Shown: piece after piece, positions 25,167 to 35,127 of the stretch
How positions within the stretch are numbered: position 1 is the first letter of the stretch
Layout of the letters: each line of letters begins with the position of its first letter
From: an uncultured Pseudomonadales bacterium
GTDB lineage: Bacteria > Patescibacteriota > Microgenomatia > UBA1400 > PJMF01
NCBI GenBank assembly: GCA_964457085.1
Contig: CAYWDM010000004.1
Location: 87,319 to 150,117, forward strand
Direction: 5' to 3'
Length of the DNA: 62,799 nucleotides
The notes under the pieces: model-generated
Database searches by the model: none
The model's input: the letters and a program-made list of their open reading frames with translations, nothing else
Told to the model about the DNA's origin: nothing
Made by a program: the position numbers and the translations under genes

Positions 25167-28100
25167 CTAGTTTACACCAAACAATTGCTTGCGCCACCAA
25201 TTGCCAAATCCACCAGAGAAACCACCCACGCCTGCAGAGGCACTGGCTGTTTCAGGTGTAGGTGTCGCCACCGTCACCGCACTAATTGTTGCGGTGGTTG
25301 GAGTCACTCCAGAAGTTGGCAAGATATTTGGGGTAATTGTTGGCGAGATTAGAGGTTGTGGTGTCGGCAATAATAGCGGTGTTGGAGTTGGTGCACTCTC
25401 GAAGACCTTCATTTTACGTACCGAGACAGCTGACCAAGAGAATGGAATATCTACTGGAGCAGGTTTGCTTAGTTTAATAATAAAACTCTTATCTGTACGG
25501 CTAGTAATAATGTAGGTAATATCACCGCTCAACAGTTGTTGTTCGATGAAGCTTTGAGCTAATTGTGCATCTGCCGAGCTTGAGACCATTTCATTGAGAT
25601 TGACGGTGGCATTGACTAGAGGTGGCGTGCTGTACGCTTGCTCAAATTTAACCTCGACTGTATCCACACCTTTTTTGACGATAGCCATACCAGCAGTATC
25701 AGCATTGAAGATCACTCGGTCGCTGAACTCAACTTTGCCTTTAAAAATTGCACTGCCCACAAACTCGACCAATGTCCTAAATAATGCATTGCCATGGAAC
25801 TCGCTATTTGCTTGGAAATCTGCCGGACCACCCACACTCAAGCCTGACTGTGAATTGAGCGCACCCTTAACTGTAAATCCTGAGGTTACCTCGCCTGACC
25901 CAAAGTTGAGAGACTTGCCGTTGATGCCCGAGAGCATGCCCTCAAGTCCACCCTGTCCCAGTAATAACTGAGCACTTGTTGAACTCGTTCTCGCCGAGTT
26001 TGAAGCCAATTGACTCGCCAGTTGACCCTCAAGTGAAGTGAGTTTATTGGTGACGATATCTAGACCAGTGATTTTGTCAGCACGAATCTCTTTAGCGATT
26101 AGCAAATCAGTGATCATCTGTGGTGCAATCACCTCACCTGTGGCATAGATATTATCGGCAACTACGTCAGAGGTTGCGACTTGTGCCCCTTCAACTTTTT
26201 GTTGCTCCGTCATCACCTGGCCTTGTCGTCGCAAATAAGCCAAAATTTGTTCTTGGCGGTTAGATCCCAGAGCTATGCTGACAATTTGGTTAGTACTATT
26301 GTCATAGGCGTATTTGAGTGAGGTCTGGGCACCCGACAAACCATACCCAAATGCGGTCTCACTCACGGTTTTTAAAGGATCGGAGTAAATAGTGGATTCT
26401 GGCTGAGCACCCAGTAGTTGGATCATCGGCATGCCAAGACCCTGGCTCAAATTTACAAACATAGTGATTTGGCCACACTGCCATTGAGTGCCATTCGAAC
26501 AGGCAACTAAATTTGCCGGATTCGGCGCTTCAAGTACTTGACCAACTACTTGGCCAGCTTTTGTTGCCTTCATCGCCACACCTGGTAGACTGGATGCCAC
26601 CAATCGATCTCCGATCTCAGGCATACCATTTTCAGTGCTAATTTGCACTGGCACTCGACCAACTAAGGCAATCGGATAGGTATTATCAGCTTTGGGACCC
26701 AAGATCATCCCTGGAGCAGTCGCTACCACGCCTAACAAATTATTCTGATAAGCAGTGGTAGAGGGCTTCACCCAACCAGCTCCCTGAGCATCAAGCATGA
26801 CCACTTGGCCAGCAGTGAGTGGTGTTGAAGAATAATAGTACTCCGCTAAGTCGGCGCCACCAATTTGACCTACTTCGAGTGCTGAGCCAGTAATACCATC
26901 AGTAATCAATTCACCACGGATTGTCTGAAGATTATTATTTAAGCGGTCATAGATTGCCTGCAGACCTTGGGCTTCTGACTCAGCCCATTGATGTGCTGAA
27001 GAAGCAAAAACCGAAGCCACCGCATTAGAACCGATTGACACAATGTTGTCACCGCTAGCATTCCAAGCGGTGCCAGAATCATCCGTTTTAGCTGCATTCG
27101 AGTGATAGACATCGGTAACGACATTATTGCCAGTTCGTTCATACAAAGTCACACCACCACCACCAGCTCCATCATTGGTACCCACCCACAGCTTTCTTGA
27201 TTCACCCAAGAAAGCGCTGTCAGTCAATCCAATTGCCGTTACCGTGTTGGTTGTTCCATACAGTGTACTGCCAACCACTCGAAAATCAGAAGTTGTATCT
27301 GGAGTCACAGTCCAATTCGGCGTCACAGTCAAAACTGTGGCAGTATTACTCACCACCCGCCTGGTTTGACCTACCCCAGTATCACTGGTAATTTCTACAA
27401 TCTGATTAGCAAACCAGTTGGGAATCCAAGCTTCAGCAGAATCACCAATCGTATTGGAGCTAAAAGTAGTGGCGTTAGTCACAGTGATACGATCGCGGTT
27501 GAGAGTAGAGCGAGCGTCATTGTAGAGACGACGTGCTTGGGCCTGAGTCAACTGATCAGTAGTGGTGGCTCCACCCATACTCAATGTCACATCATCAATC
27601 TGACCAGTCCAAAAATTGGCACCAGTAGCACATGCTGCACCCACGCTACAATCGCCACCCAAACTTAAAATTGTAGAACCATCTAGGGTGGCTGTGGCAG
27701 CAAGAGTGGCGTCACTTCCAACCAGCTTGCCATCTATATACAAGAAAATACCAGTAGTTGCATTTTGTCGCACTGCCGTCAAAAAGTGCCACTGATCATC
27801 ATTGTATGTTTGAGTTGTGGTGGCGATATCGTCGGGATTCCAAGTCGTATCATCATCGATACCAAATGAGATTGTACCAGCAGCATTCATATAAATCGCC
27901 CATCCTGCTGCTGCTGCTGGAGTAGTCGAGTGTCGCTTGCTAATCAATGTATCGGTGCCTGACATAGCCGTTGGATGTTTGAACCACAGACTAACAGTAA
28001 ATCCAGTTGTAGTAGAGTTGTAATCGGTGTCGACCTCACAAGTAGAGCCAGCATTGGTCGAACAAATAATATCAGCAGCACCATCAAAAGTGAGCGCATT

Positions 28101-30629
28101 GCCACGGACACCACTCACACCGTAAGTTGGTACATTGCGCGGAAATAATTGGTTGGCACGAAAACTGGAGTCCTGCAAATTTCCCGAGGCTTCAGTAAAC
28201 ATGAACACGCCTTTTATGGTGGCTGGCATTAAGGCTGTTTGGTAAGCATTTGTGGTTTGCTTACTCCAACCCGAAGCTGCGTTGGTGACATGATCATGAA
28301 TTTCAGAAAGTCCTTGGCTGGTACCAACATAAATTAAATCTGAGTTGTCCTCAGCTAGAGAACCTCGAGTAATCACCTCTAGAGCATCGGGCGCACTAGC
28401 ACTGATTACTGGTGTCAGCTTAGTTAGCTGTGGTGTTGAAGCTTGATCCCAAACTTTTCCTGGAGTTTGGTTTATTTGAGTTGCCTGAATAGTGTCAATA
28501 TTGATCCAACGTTCAGCTTGAGCTTGAGTTTCATTGAGGGCATACATCCGACCACGATTGGTAATAAAAACAGCGTTGTAGTCATCACCGGTATTGTCAG
28601 AATACCCCCATGCGCGCTGATCGGTGGTGTTGATAATAGTCACTGCTGTATCTGTTGCCACACCAATCAGAGTCACACCATTATTTGGGTTAGTGCTGGT
28701 ACTCCCAGATTGCACCGCACCGTGAACGTCATTGACAAAATTATCAGCAATTGCCATGGTCGTAATTGCACTTGATGCGTAGGCATTAGTGGTGTTGCGA
28801 CCACTAATTAGTTGATCAGACTGCACGCGATTAGTGGAGTTATATCTATGCAATCGATCATTGATGAAGTCAAATGCATACAAACCTGTTGAGGCTGAAC
28901 CATTGGTACCAACATAAATCACCCCATTCATGGCGAAGACACTAGAAGGATTATTGTTTAAATCAACACCGAGTGAAAAGCTTGTACCCTGTGAAAACTT
29001 CATCCACATAGTGTTGTCGTTCATGTCGAAGATATAGAGTGCATCAGCTGTAGTAATCAGAATTGCCTTCTTGGGGAAATCATTGCGACCACAGCGATCA
29101 TCCGTCGCCACCACACAGTTGCGCTCATCATGATCTTTGGTTTCGCCATACCAGCTTAGCGCACGACTACTCACCGCCTCGGTCCAGCGACCACCATCTG
29201 TGTCACGAGTGGTGTCATAAATAAAGACATCACTAATACCACTGAGCGTCCGTGACTGCACCATGGCTTGTTTAATTAAGTTGCCGTACAGTGTAACTTT
29301 GCCTCGATACCCAGCTTCACCTATCTGCAATAAATCCTCTGGTGTATCGGTGCCAATACCCACCTGCCCAGTGCCATCAATCACAAATGGAGTTCCATCT
29401 GCAGCTTCGTCATTAACCCGCACCGCGTAGTTCCCTACGCCCGTGGCATTGTGCTGAATCATCAGGGCAGTGTTGGCATTTGCCGTGCCACCATTACTAA
29501 TCGAGACTACTGAACCAGTATTCGAGGCTGCACCAGTACCAGCAGTCATACCAAAACTGGCTACAGAACCAGTGAGATTGGCTGCCGCTGCTGACGTCAC
29601 ATTGAGTAGCGACCCTGAAGTTAAGGCATCAGCACTCAAGGCCAAACCATTGGTGGTTGAAAGCGTGCTCCAATTCCAAGTCTGAGCATAGTTTAAGTTA
29701 TCAATAGTATTGAGGGTGTTAGCACCCATTAATCCTGAGATTCTCCCGCTGGGACCACAGCCTAAATCATTGGTGTTACACAGTGTTTTAATAGTTCCAT
29801 TTTCAACAATTTTAAATTTATTAGCGGTGGTGTCATACCAAAAAGTACCAGTTGTAGCAGTAGGATCACCAGCTCCACCAGTCATGATCAAGGCTTTACC
29901 AGTGCCGATAGTTAAAGTGTCCAAAATCGAAGTGTTGCCTGTGCCAGCTGCATCCAACACTAGATCCTCACTGCCTGCGGTAGTGATATCAGTTGCGGCA
30001 CCAGAAAATGCCAAGCCAGTCGAGCCAATAGTTTTGTTAGTCAAAGTGTCCGCACTACTATTCGTAATTAATGTGCCGGTGGTAGGCAATGTCAGCGTCG
30101 TGGTGTTTGTTGTAGTAAATGTTAGCGGAAAAGCTCCAGTGGTACTAAAAGCATCAGCAAAAGAGATCGTCTTGGCATTTGGAATGGTTAGAGTGCCTGT
30201 CGTGTTAGTGACGGTTAAACCTGCTACTTTCGCAGCATTAAAGGCGTACGGCACCGCCGTAAATCGAATTCGTGGCAACATTTCACCATCACTGTTGTAG
30301 TTGATGCCGAGGTAAATGGTGTCAGTGTTGAAATCAACTGAACCCGGAAGTGCAGTTCCATCGCCTAAATTGGTTTGAAAAATACCATTAGTGACAGTAA
30401 CTGATTTTGATTCAGTCCAAATAGCCACACCCCCACTCGAAACGGTGTACATGCTAAAAACAAAATTGTAGGGACCATCAGCGACATTAGTACCAGTGGT
30501 TTTATTAACAACTTTCCCCTGGAAATTAATCTGTTGATTGATACCTACAGCCGCCAAAACAGAGTTGGCGCAACCAAAAGCCAACACAAAGACCACCGCG
30601 AGTATTAGAGCGATGCGTTTTCCGGACAT
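25167..30629 (-). CDS. Giant (1820-aa) secreted surface protein with LamG/ConA-like domain
   Basis: Start set at MSGKRIALILAVVFVLAFGCANSVLA (signal peptide; ATG at 30627-30629). Thr/Gly/Ala/Asn-rich beta-type sequence. The LamG-like block is ALTFDG ... FTVSLWFKH ... WHFLTAVRQ ... IFLYIDGKLV ... WTGQIDDVTL, at about 27570-28110. Pro/Thr-rich linker near the C-terminus. Confidence 0.85.
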   Translation of the reverse strand: MSGKRIALILAVVFVLAFGCANSVLAAVGINQQINFQGKVVNKTTGTNVADGPYNFVFSMYTVSSGGVAIWTESKSVTVTNGIFQTNLGDGTALPGSVDFNTDTIYLGINYNSDGEMLPRIRFTAVPYAFNAAKVAGLTVTNTTGTLTIPNAKTISFADAFSTTGAFPLTFTTTNTTTLTLPTTGTLITNSSADTLTNKTIGSTGLAFSGAATDITTAGSEDLVLDAAGTGNTSILDTLTIGTGKALIMTGGAGDPTATTGTFWYDTTANKFKIVENGTIKTLCNTNDLGCGPSGRISGLMGANTLNTIDNLNYAQTWNWSTLSTTNGLALSADALTSGSLLNVTSAAAANLTGSVASFGMTAGTGAASNTGSVVSISNGGTANANTALMIQHNATGVGNYAVRVNDEAADGTPFVIDGTGQVGIGTDTPEDLLQIGEAGYRGKVTLYGNLIKQAMVQSRTLSGISDVFIYDTTRDTDGGRWTEAVSSRALSWYGETKDHDERNCVVATDDRCGRNDFPKKAILITTADALYIFDMNDNTMWMKFSQGTSFSLGVDLNNNPSSVFAMNGVIYVGTNGSASTGLYAFDFINDRLHRYNSTNRVQSDQLISGRNTTNAYASSAITTMAIADNFVNDVHGAVQSGSTSTNPNNGVTLIGVATDTAVTIINTTDQRAWGYSDNTGDDYNAVFITNRGRMYALNETQAQAERWINIDTIQATQINQTPGKVWDQASTPQLTKLTPVISASAPDALEVITRGSLAEDNSDLIYVGTSQGLSEIHDHVTNAASGWSKQTTNAYQTALMPATIKGVFMFTEASGNLQDSSFRANQLFPRNVPTYGVSGVRGNALTFDGAADIICSTNAGSTCEVDTDYNSTTTGFTVSLWFKHPTAMSGTDTLISKRHSTTPAAAAGWAIYMNAAGTISFGIDDDTTWNPDDIATTTQTYNDDQWHFLTAVRQNATTGIFLYIDGKLVGSDATLAATATLDGSTILSLGGDCSVGAACATGANFWTGQIDDVTLSMGGATTTDQLTQAQARRLYNDARSTLNRDRITVTNATTFSSNTIGDSAEAWIPNWFANQIVEITSDTGVGQTRRVVSNTATVLTVTPNWTVTPDTTSDFRVVGSTLYGTTNTVTAIGLTDSAFLGESRKLWVGTNDGAGGGGVTLYERTGNNVVTDVYHSNAAKTDDSGTAWNASGDNIVSIGSNAVASVFASSAHQWAESEAQGLQAIYDRLNNNLQTIRGELITDGITGSALEVGQIGGADLAEYYYSSTPLTAGQVVMLDAQGAGWVKPSTTAYQNNLLGVVATAPGMILGPKADNTYPIALVGRVPVQISTENGMPEIGDRLVASSLPGVAMKATKAGQVVGQVLEAPNPANLVACSNGTQWQCGQITMFVNLSQGLGMPMIQLLGAQPESTIYSDPLKTVSETAFGYGLSGAQTSLKYAYDNSTNQIVSIALGSNRQEQILAYLRRQGQVMTEQQKVEGAQVATSDVVADNIYATGEVIAPQMITDLLIAKEIRADKITGLDIVTNKLTSLEGQLASQLASNSARTSSTSAQLLLGQGGLEGMLSGINGKSLNFGSGEVTSGFTVKGALNSQSGLSVGGPADFQANSEFHGNALFRTLVEFVGSAIFKGKVEFSDRVIFNADTAGMAIVKKGVDTVEVKFEQAYSTPPLVNATVNLNEMVSSSADAQLAQSFIEQQLLSGDITYIITSRTDKSFIIKLSKPAPVDIPFSWSAVSVRKMKVFESAPTPTPLLLPTPQPLISPTITPNILPTSGVTPTTATISAVTVATPTPETASASAGVGGFSGGFGNWWRKQLFGVN

Positions 30630-30755
30630 AGATCCTGCATTCACTCTAGCAGAAAACCACCTGTGACAACAGGCAAATAAAAACCGAAAATTAGTCAAGT
30701 TGTAATAGCCCGTTTATGGTTGGACTCTACCTAGCAAATCTTCTACAATCAAAGC

Positions 30756-32513
30756 GTGCGTTTGTATCACTTTTTTGCCATTTTTTTCACTCTATTTGCT
30801 CTCAGCTGTGCTTCACCCATAACTGCCAGCACTGAAGGCTCAGTCATTCTAGAAGTACTGGGCAATGTACCTACTAGACCTCAAGATATTATCCTATCAC
30901 TCACTGCTGATTACCCTGCGTTCAGCACCGTCTCACAGGAACAAGTAATCTCATATACCCTCAACTACAGCTCCATTAGTGATGTTGATACCATTGTCAC
31001 CATAACCACCCGTTACTCTGCTCTTGCACCAGATGGTTCTGGCGAACAGCTGCTTGATTATGTGTCGGGCAGTGCCACTTCGATTAACAGTGGCATTCCA
31101 GGTCTTATTAACCAGCAACAAAAAACTATTTCTTGGCAACAACTCTTGATTCCAGCCCACGCAACCGATCAAAAATTGTTTTTTCAACTCAAATCAAACT
31201 CACGTTTTCCTAACGCTACTCAGGATGTGCTGCTGAATGTTTCGGCAGCAGTAACTAGTCCATTTATTACTCCCAGTGTCATTTTACCAATCAAATATCA
31301 ATACAACCTAACACTGATACCACCAATCCCCACTGCCACCCCAATACCTCCGCCGCAATCTCTTGTCACCAAAACAGTGAACTCAACTACAACCGTACGT
31401 GACCTTGTGGTTACACAGCTCAATAATCGCTCCATCACCCTTGAAGCACTCGCAAATCCAAACTCAAACCTACGAGTCTTGTACGGCACCAGCCCCAAAC
31501 AACTAAAAAGTACAATCAACTCAATTTCTCAAACTGGAATGCATCAGTTTAAAATTTCAAATCTCAAAACAGACACCATTTATTACTTCCAATTCCAATA
31601 CGCAAAACCAGATGGAAGTTATGCAATCCTGGACACATATACGTTTCGTACACCAAATCAAGCTGAAGAACTGGAACTTAATAAGATGTATCAACTATCG
31701 GCACAAAATTCACAAGGCTATATATTCAATGGGAAACTCTTTGCCGCTACATTCTCTCCACCAATAATTGTCTTGCCACAATCAAGCAAGCTCACCTTTA
31801 ATCTGCAACATGATCCCAATATCCCCATGGATATGGCACAAGTTCTGCTCTACAGCCCAGATCTGAAAATCCCCACAATTGCAGCCCGCTCAACTTCAAC
31901 CCAAAGTTCAGCACCATCAACTGCCACCACCGACCTCATAGCTATCAGAAAGCAGCTTGATTTTCCTAATTTAATTGGTAACTACACTTTAAAATCCAGA
32001 CTGCGAACACAAAAAGGGACTATTGCTGAATCCACCATAGCTGAAGTTAAGATCATTAAGCCAATCACCATACGTCACCACCTCACTGGTGCACCAATTA
32101 GCAATGCCAAAGTTTCTATATACAAGTATGATGCCACCACTGACTACTTTTATGCTTACCCTGATCCAAATGAGCCACCTCTTGAGCTATATTCTGAGTC
32201 TAATGGAGGAGTGCCGTTTGTACCTCAAAACGGACGGTTTCGATTGGTTGTTGAACGCGTTCCCTTTTACTTAAAAAACATTGATTTGACTGTTCAACTG
32301 AGCCAAACGATGGTATTGCCAGATATCGAACTACGACCATCTGTTGTTGGTTGGGCAGAACCAATTATTCACATACTCAGCAACCTGCAACCAAACAGAA
32401 ACTACCAAAAACAAAGCTTTCAAGAATGGCTCAATCAATGGTCTGAAGCAATTATTGGTAGGGCACTTTTCCCAATTGAAACACAAGCATTAAGCACTAC
32501 CGAATCATTCTAA
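30756..32513 (+). CDS. Secreted protein with Fn3/PAP-N-like and carboxypeptidase-regulatory-like beta-sandwich domains
   Basis: GTG start with signal peptide (FFAIFFTLFALSCASPITA). LRVLYGTSPKQL ... TDTIYYFQFQY is Fn3-like. LTGAPISNAKVSIYKYD ... SNGGVPFVPQNGRFRLVVE is CarboxypepD_reg-like. Ends in ...TTESF. Confidence 0.6.
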   Translation: MRLYHFFAIFFTLFALSCASPITASTEGSVILEVLGNVPTRPQDIILSLTADYPAFSTVSQEQVISYTLNYSSISDVDTIVTITTRYSALAPDGSGEQLLDYVSGSATSINSGIPGLINQQQKTISWQQLLIPAHATDQKLFFQLKSNSRFPNATQDVLLNVSAAVTSPFITPSVILPIKYQYNLTLIPPIPTATPIPPPQSLVTKTVNSTTTVRDLVVTQLNNRSITLEALANPNSNLRVLYGTSPKQLKSTINSISQTGMHQFKISNLKTDTIYYFQFQYAKPDGSYAILDTYTFRTPNQAEELELNKMYQLSAQNSQGYIFNGKLFAATFSPPIIVLPQSSKLTFNLQHDPNIPMDMAQVLLYSPDLKIPTIAARSTSTQSSAPSTATTDLIAIRKQLDFPNLIGNYTLKSRLRTQKGTIAESTIAEVKIIKPITIRHHLTGAPISNAKVSIYKYDATTDYFYAYPDPNEPPLELYSESNGGVPFVPQNGRFRLVVERVPFYLKNIDLTVQLSQTMVLPDIELRPSVVGWAEPIIHILSNLQPNRNYQKQSFQEWLNQWSEAIIGRALFPIETQALSTTESF

Positions 32514-33604
32514 AAAGTTGCACTCGCCACTGCGGAAATAGTATCACTGTAATCGGCAGCCGCTGGAGTTAGCGGACTGATTTTTGCTTTAACTAAAATT
32601 GAGGTACGCCCACCAACTATTGGTGCATTAGCTGAATTAACAATTGTCTGACTCGTGGTTGAAAGTGCACCAACGGTATCTCCTGAACCCACAAACGGTG
32701 CCACTGCAGTTAGAGGACCACCAGATGTCTGAGCGGTCGTACTAACACGAATTCCATAGCCCTCTGTCTGTCCAGTGAGATTGGCTGAGACTGTGGGGAT
32801 TGTGTATGACTTATTCACGCTTAACAAACCGTTATTGGTACCATGCACATACACAAAAGCTCCACCTTCAGCATTACTTGTCAGATCCAACCAAATTAAG
32901 TTTGTAGCTGTAGTCACTACGCTCGGAGCAAGGTTCCCAAATGCAATGGTGTATGGTGATGCGGTTTCAATATCCGACGATGCGATATCAATGTCATATG
33001 TCAAACTAACTTGTGCCGTGGCCACAGAAGCAGCAGTACTATATTCACTCTCAGTAAATTTGCCATGCATCACTTTTACTTTAACTGAGTAAGTGGTGTT
33101 TGGTTGTAAACCAACTATAAACTCTCCGGTACCACTACCCCAATTTATGTACGTTTGATAATCTTCAATTCCAAGTGTGGATCCAATCGTGTTATCGCTT
33201 TGCACATAATATGTGGTGACCCAACTGTCGGGAGAAATTGCTACTGCATACACTGAATCTGTTGGGTTGCCGCCGGTATTAATCTGCAACAACAACTTGT
33301 TGTAGTAAGAACTAGCATTTGTGAGAGTTGGAGCCAGTGGTACCGCAGCTTGGCGCATAAATTCTAATCCTGAACCCAAAGAATAATTAGAACCATCTAA
33401 CTTCATACCGCTAGTTTCTCCAGTGACTGCATTAATGCTGTAACTAGTGGAATCGGTGTTTCCAACACCACCACTACCGAACGCAAAATCATGCATTTCA
33501 TAGTTAGTACTCGCGGGTAGTGCTAATAAAAACACCAGCGATGTGGTCTTCAGCCAATTAAAAACCGGCTGAAGGGCTCGAGGTTGCCGAAGGCGTTGCA
33601 TCAT
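32510..33604 (-). CDS. Secreted beta-rich protein, distant paralog of 36223/37374, with Fn3-like insert
   Basis: Signal peptide. LQPNTTYSVKVKV is Fn3-like. The C-terminal half shares SYTIPT, TEGYG and AADYSDTISAVASATF-COOH with the tandem paralogs. Confidence 0.6.
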   Translation of the reverse strand: MMQRLRQPRALQPVFNWLKTTSLVFLLALPASTNYEMHDFAFGSGGVGNTDSTSYSINAVTGETSGMKLDGSNYSLGSGLEFMRQAAVPLAPTLTNASSYYNKLLLQINTGGNPTDSVYAVAISPDSWVTTYYVQSDNTIGSTLGIEDYQTYINWGSGTGEFIVGLQPNTTYSVKVKVMHGKFTESEYSTAASVATAQVSLTYDIDIASSDIETASPYTIAFGNLAPSVVTTATNLIWLDLTSNAEGGAFVYVHGTNNGLLSVNKSYTIPTVSANLTGQTEGYGIRVSTTAQTSGGPLTAVAPFVGSGDTVGALSTTSQTIVNSANAPIVGGRTSILVKAKISPLTPAAADYSDTISAVASATF

Positions 33605-34235
33605 ATTTTTTTATGTTAGTAGTAGCTGCATTTAAAGTAATTGATTCAATTAATTTCACCAAGCGATCAGTATCAACTTTGGTGGTGTCAGCCAATCCAG
33701 TAAATGCAATTGTCATCATTTTTCCTGCTGTAATCCAAAACACACTTACTGTTTCCTTATCCTCAAAACGTACAATTCCAGTATATTTTTTAGCTGAGAC
33801 AGATGATTCGCGGTATCCAAAAGATACCTGGCGACGCAGTTGTATTGCGGGGTCATCTGCCATTTTTTGAGTAAACGGTCGCGAAGAAATCACTAGTCTA
33901 CCCGTAGGGTCTTGAGTTAATAAACGAACCGTACAGCTAGTTGCGGGTTCATCAGTCGTTGCTTTTTTACTAGCAAACGGAATCACCACACTGAAACACG
34001 GTCCATCAACAGCATATTCATTTTGAAATGGCTTGCCGTCACCAAAGTCCACAGCCGTTTCGCTAACACTGCCCTTATGTTCATCTAAGAACTCTTGTGA
34101 TCTTGGAGATAGCTCGGTTGAGATTTTAGCTTGTCTCGATTTCCAGCCATACCAGCCACCAACGAGCAACAAAACTACAAGCCCAAGAGTGAAGCCAATC
34201 ATGATCGCTTTTTGATTAGCACTTAATTTTTGCAT
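33558..34235 (-). CDS. N-terminally anchored protein, unknown function
   Basis: Start set at MQKLSANQKAIMIGFTLGLVVLLLVGGWYGW (a single TM helix). It overlaps both neighbouring genes. Ends in ...SPSAGF. Confidence 0.5.
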   Translation of the reverse strand: MQKLSANQKAIMIGFTLGLVVLLLVGGWYGWKSRQAKISTELSPRSQEFLDEHKGSVSETAVDFGDGKPFQNEYAVDGPCFSVVIPFASKKATTDEPATSCTVRLLTQDPTGRLVISSRPFTQKMADDPAIQLRRQVSFGYRESSVSAKKYTGIVRFEDKETVSVFWITAGKMMTIAFTGLADTTKVDTDRLVKLIESITLNAATTNIKKYDATPSATSSPSAGF

Positions 34236-35121
34236 ATCGAACCCACAAAAAGCTGACAATTACCATAATAAGTATCACCAGGGTAAGCAAAATCGGCAAG
34301 TAGACAACCATTCCTTGTTGGGAAAATTGCAGTGCACCAGGTTGAGCCGAACCTGCAATATGCACCACCAGGGGCACTAAGGGAATCGCAAACCCGCGTA
34401 AAGCCACATTACTACTGATAGTGCGCAGATTTTCCGGCATCACCACCACTGAGCCCTCATTAACAATGCCTTCAGCAATACGTCTACCAAAAATATCTGA
34501 AATTACTACCTGACCATGAGGAACTACATGAACATTCCCTTGATTTTCAAATTGTAATTGCATCGATTTTGGCACTGCAAACCAGAAAAAAGGCAATTTG
34601 AATTGCTTTAGATTTATATGAAAGCGTTCGCCTCCAACTTTGTGAATTAACAACACTGAAGATACTGTGGGCAAAACCACTTGTTCTCCTTCACCACCCA
34701 CGCTTATTACCTGGGCTAAAATTGCACCGTAATGTCCCCCTGGAGACAGGTCTTGATTATTCACGATTTCAACACTAATTGTCTTACTTTCATTTGCCTC
34801 TACGGTTAGCTCAGCAACTGGTAATCGTAAGAAATTTGCCAAGGTATATTTGGCTTCATTTTGTGGTTTATCTACAAAGGTAACTTGTCCCTGCATGTCT
34901 AGTTGGCGAATATCTACGGTCGAAAGTGCATACACTTGAGCAGCTGCAGTCTGGTTGGTAATCGTAATATCTCGAGTAACACTACTGTCAGTTGCGGTAA
35001 TTGTTACAAATTGAAATGCAGGCTCAACCATAATACCTGCAGCAAAAACAGGTCGGTTTAAAACCACAGAAAAGACCACTCCCACAACCAGGATTAACCA
35101 AATTCTCTGAAAAAAACGCAT
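34216..35121 (-). CDS. Membrane-anchored two-domain beta-sandwich protein (DUF916/DUF3324-like architecture)
   Basis: Signal peptide, two beta-rich domains (the second has NQGNVHVVPHGQVVI), a C-terminal TM helix (LPILLTLVILIMVIVSFLWV) and a basic tail RYAKIKC. Paralog of 35128-36189. Confidence 0.6.
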   Translation of the reverse strand: MRFFQRIWLILVVGVVFSVVLNRPVFAAGIMVEPAFQFVTITATDSSVTRDITITNQTAAAQVYALSTVDIRQLDMQGQVTFVDKPQNEAKYTLANFLRLPVAELTVEANESKTISVEIVNNQDLSPGGHYGAILAQVISVGGEGEQVVLPTVSSVLLIHKVGGERFHINLKQFKLPFFWFAVPKSMQLQFENQGNVHVVPHGQVVISDIFGRRIAEGIVNEGSVVVMPENLRTISSNVALRGFAIPLVPLVVHIAGSAQPGALQFSQQGMVVYLPILLTLVILIMVIVSFLWVRYAKIKC

Positions 35122-35127
35122 ACTTAT

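Noticed and set aside
29710-30300. 196-aa plus-strand ORF, together with other plus-strand ORFs (25189-25515, 25594-25971, 27127-27668, 28443-28775, 29470-29685), inside the giant gene
   Set aside because: All are antisense shadows of the 1820-aa ORF. Their Val/Pro/Ala-rich translations mirror the Thr/Gly/Asn codons of the sense strand, and none has an RBS or a motif.
30630-30698. 23-codon N-terminal extension of the giant ORF (MTNFRFLFACCHRWFSARVNAGS)
   Set aside because: A canonical signal peptide starts at the next Met (MSGKRIAL...). The extension is probably just open frame upstream of the true start.
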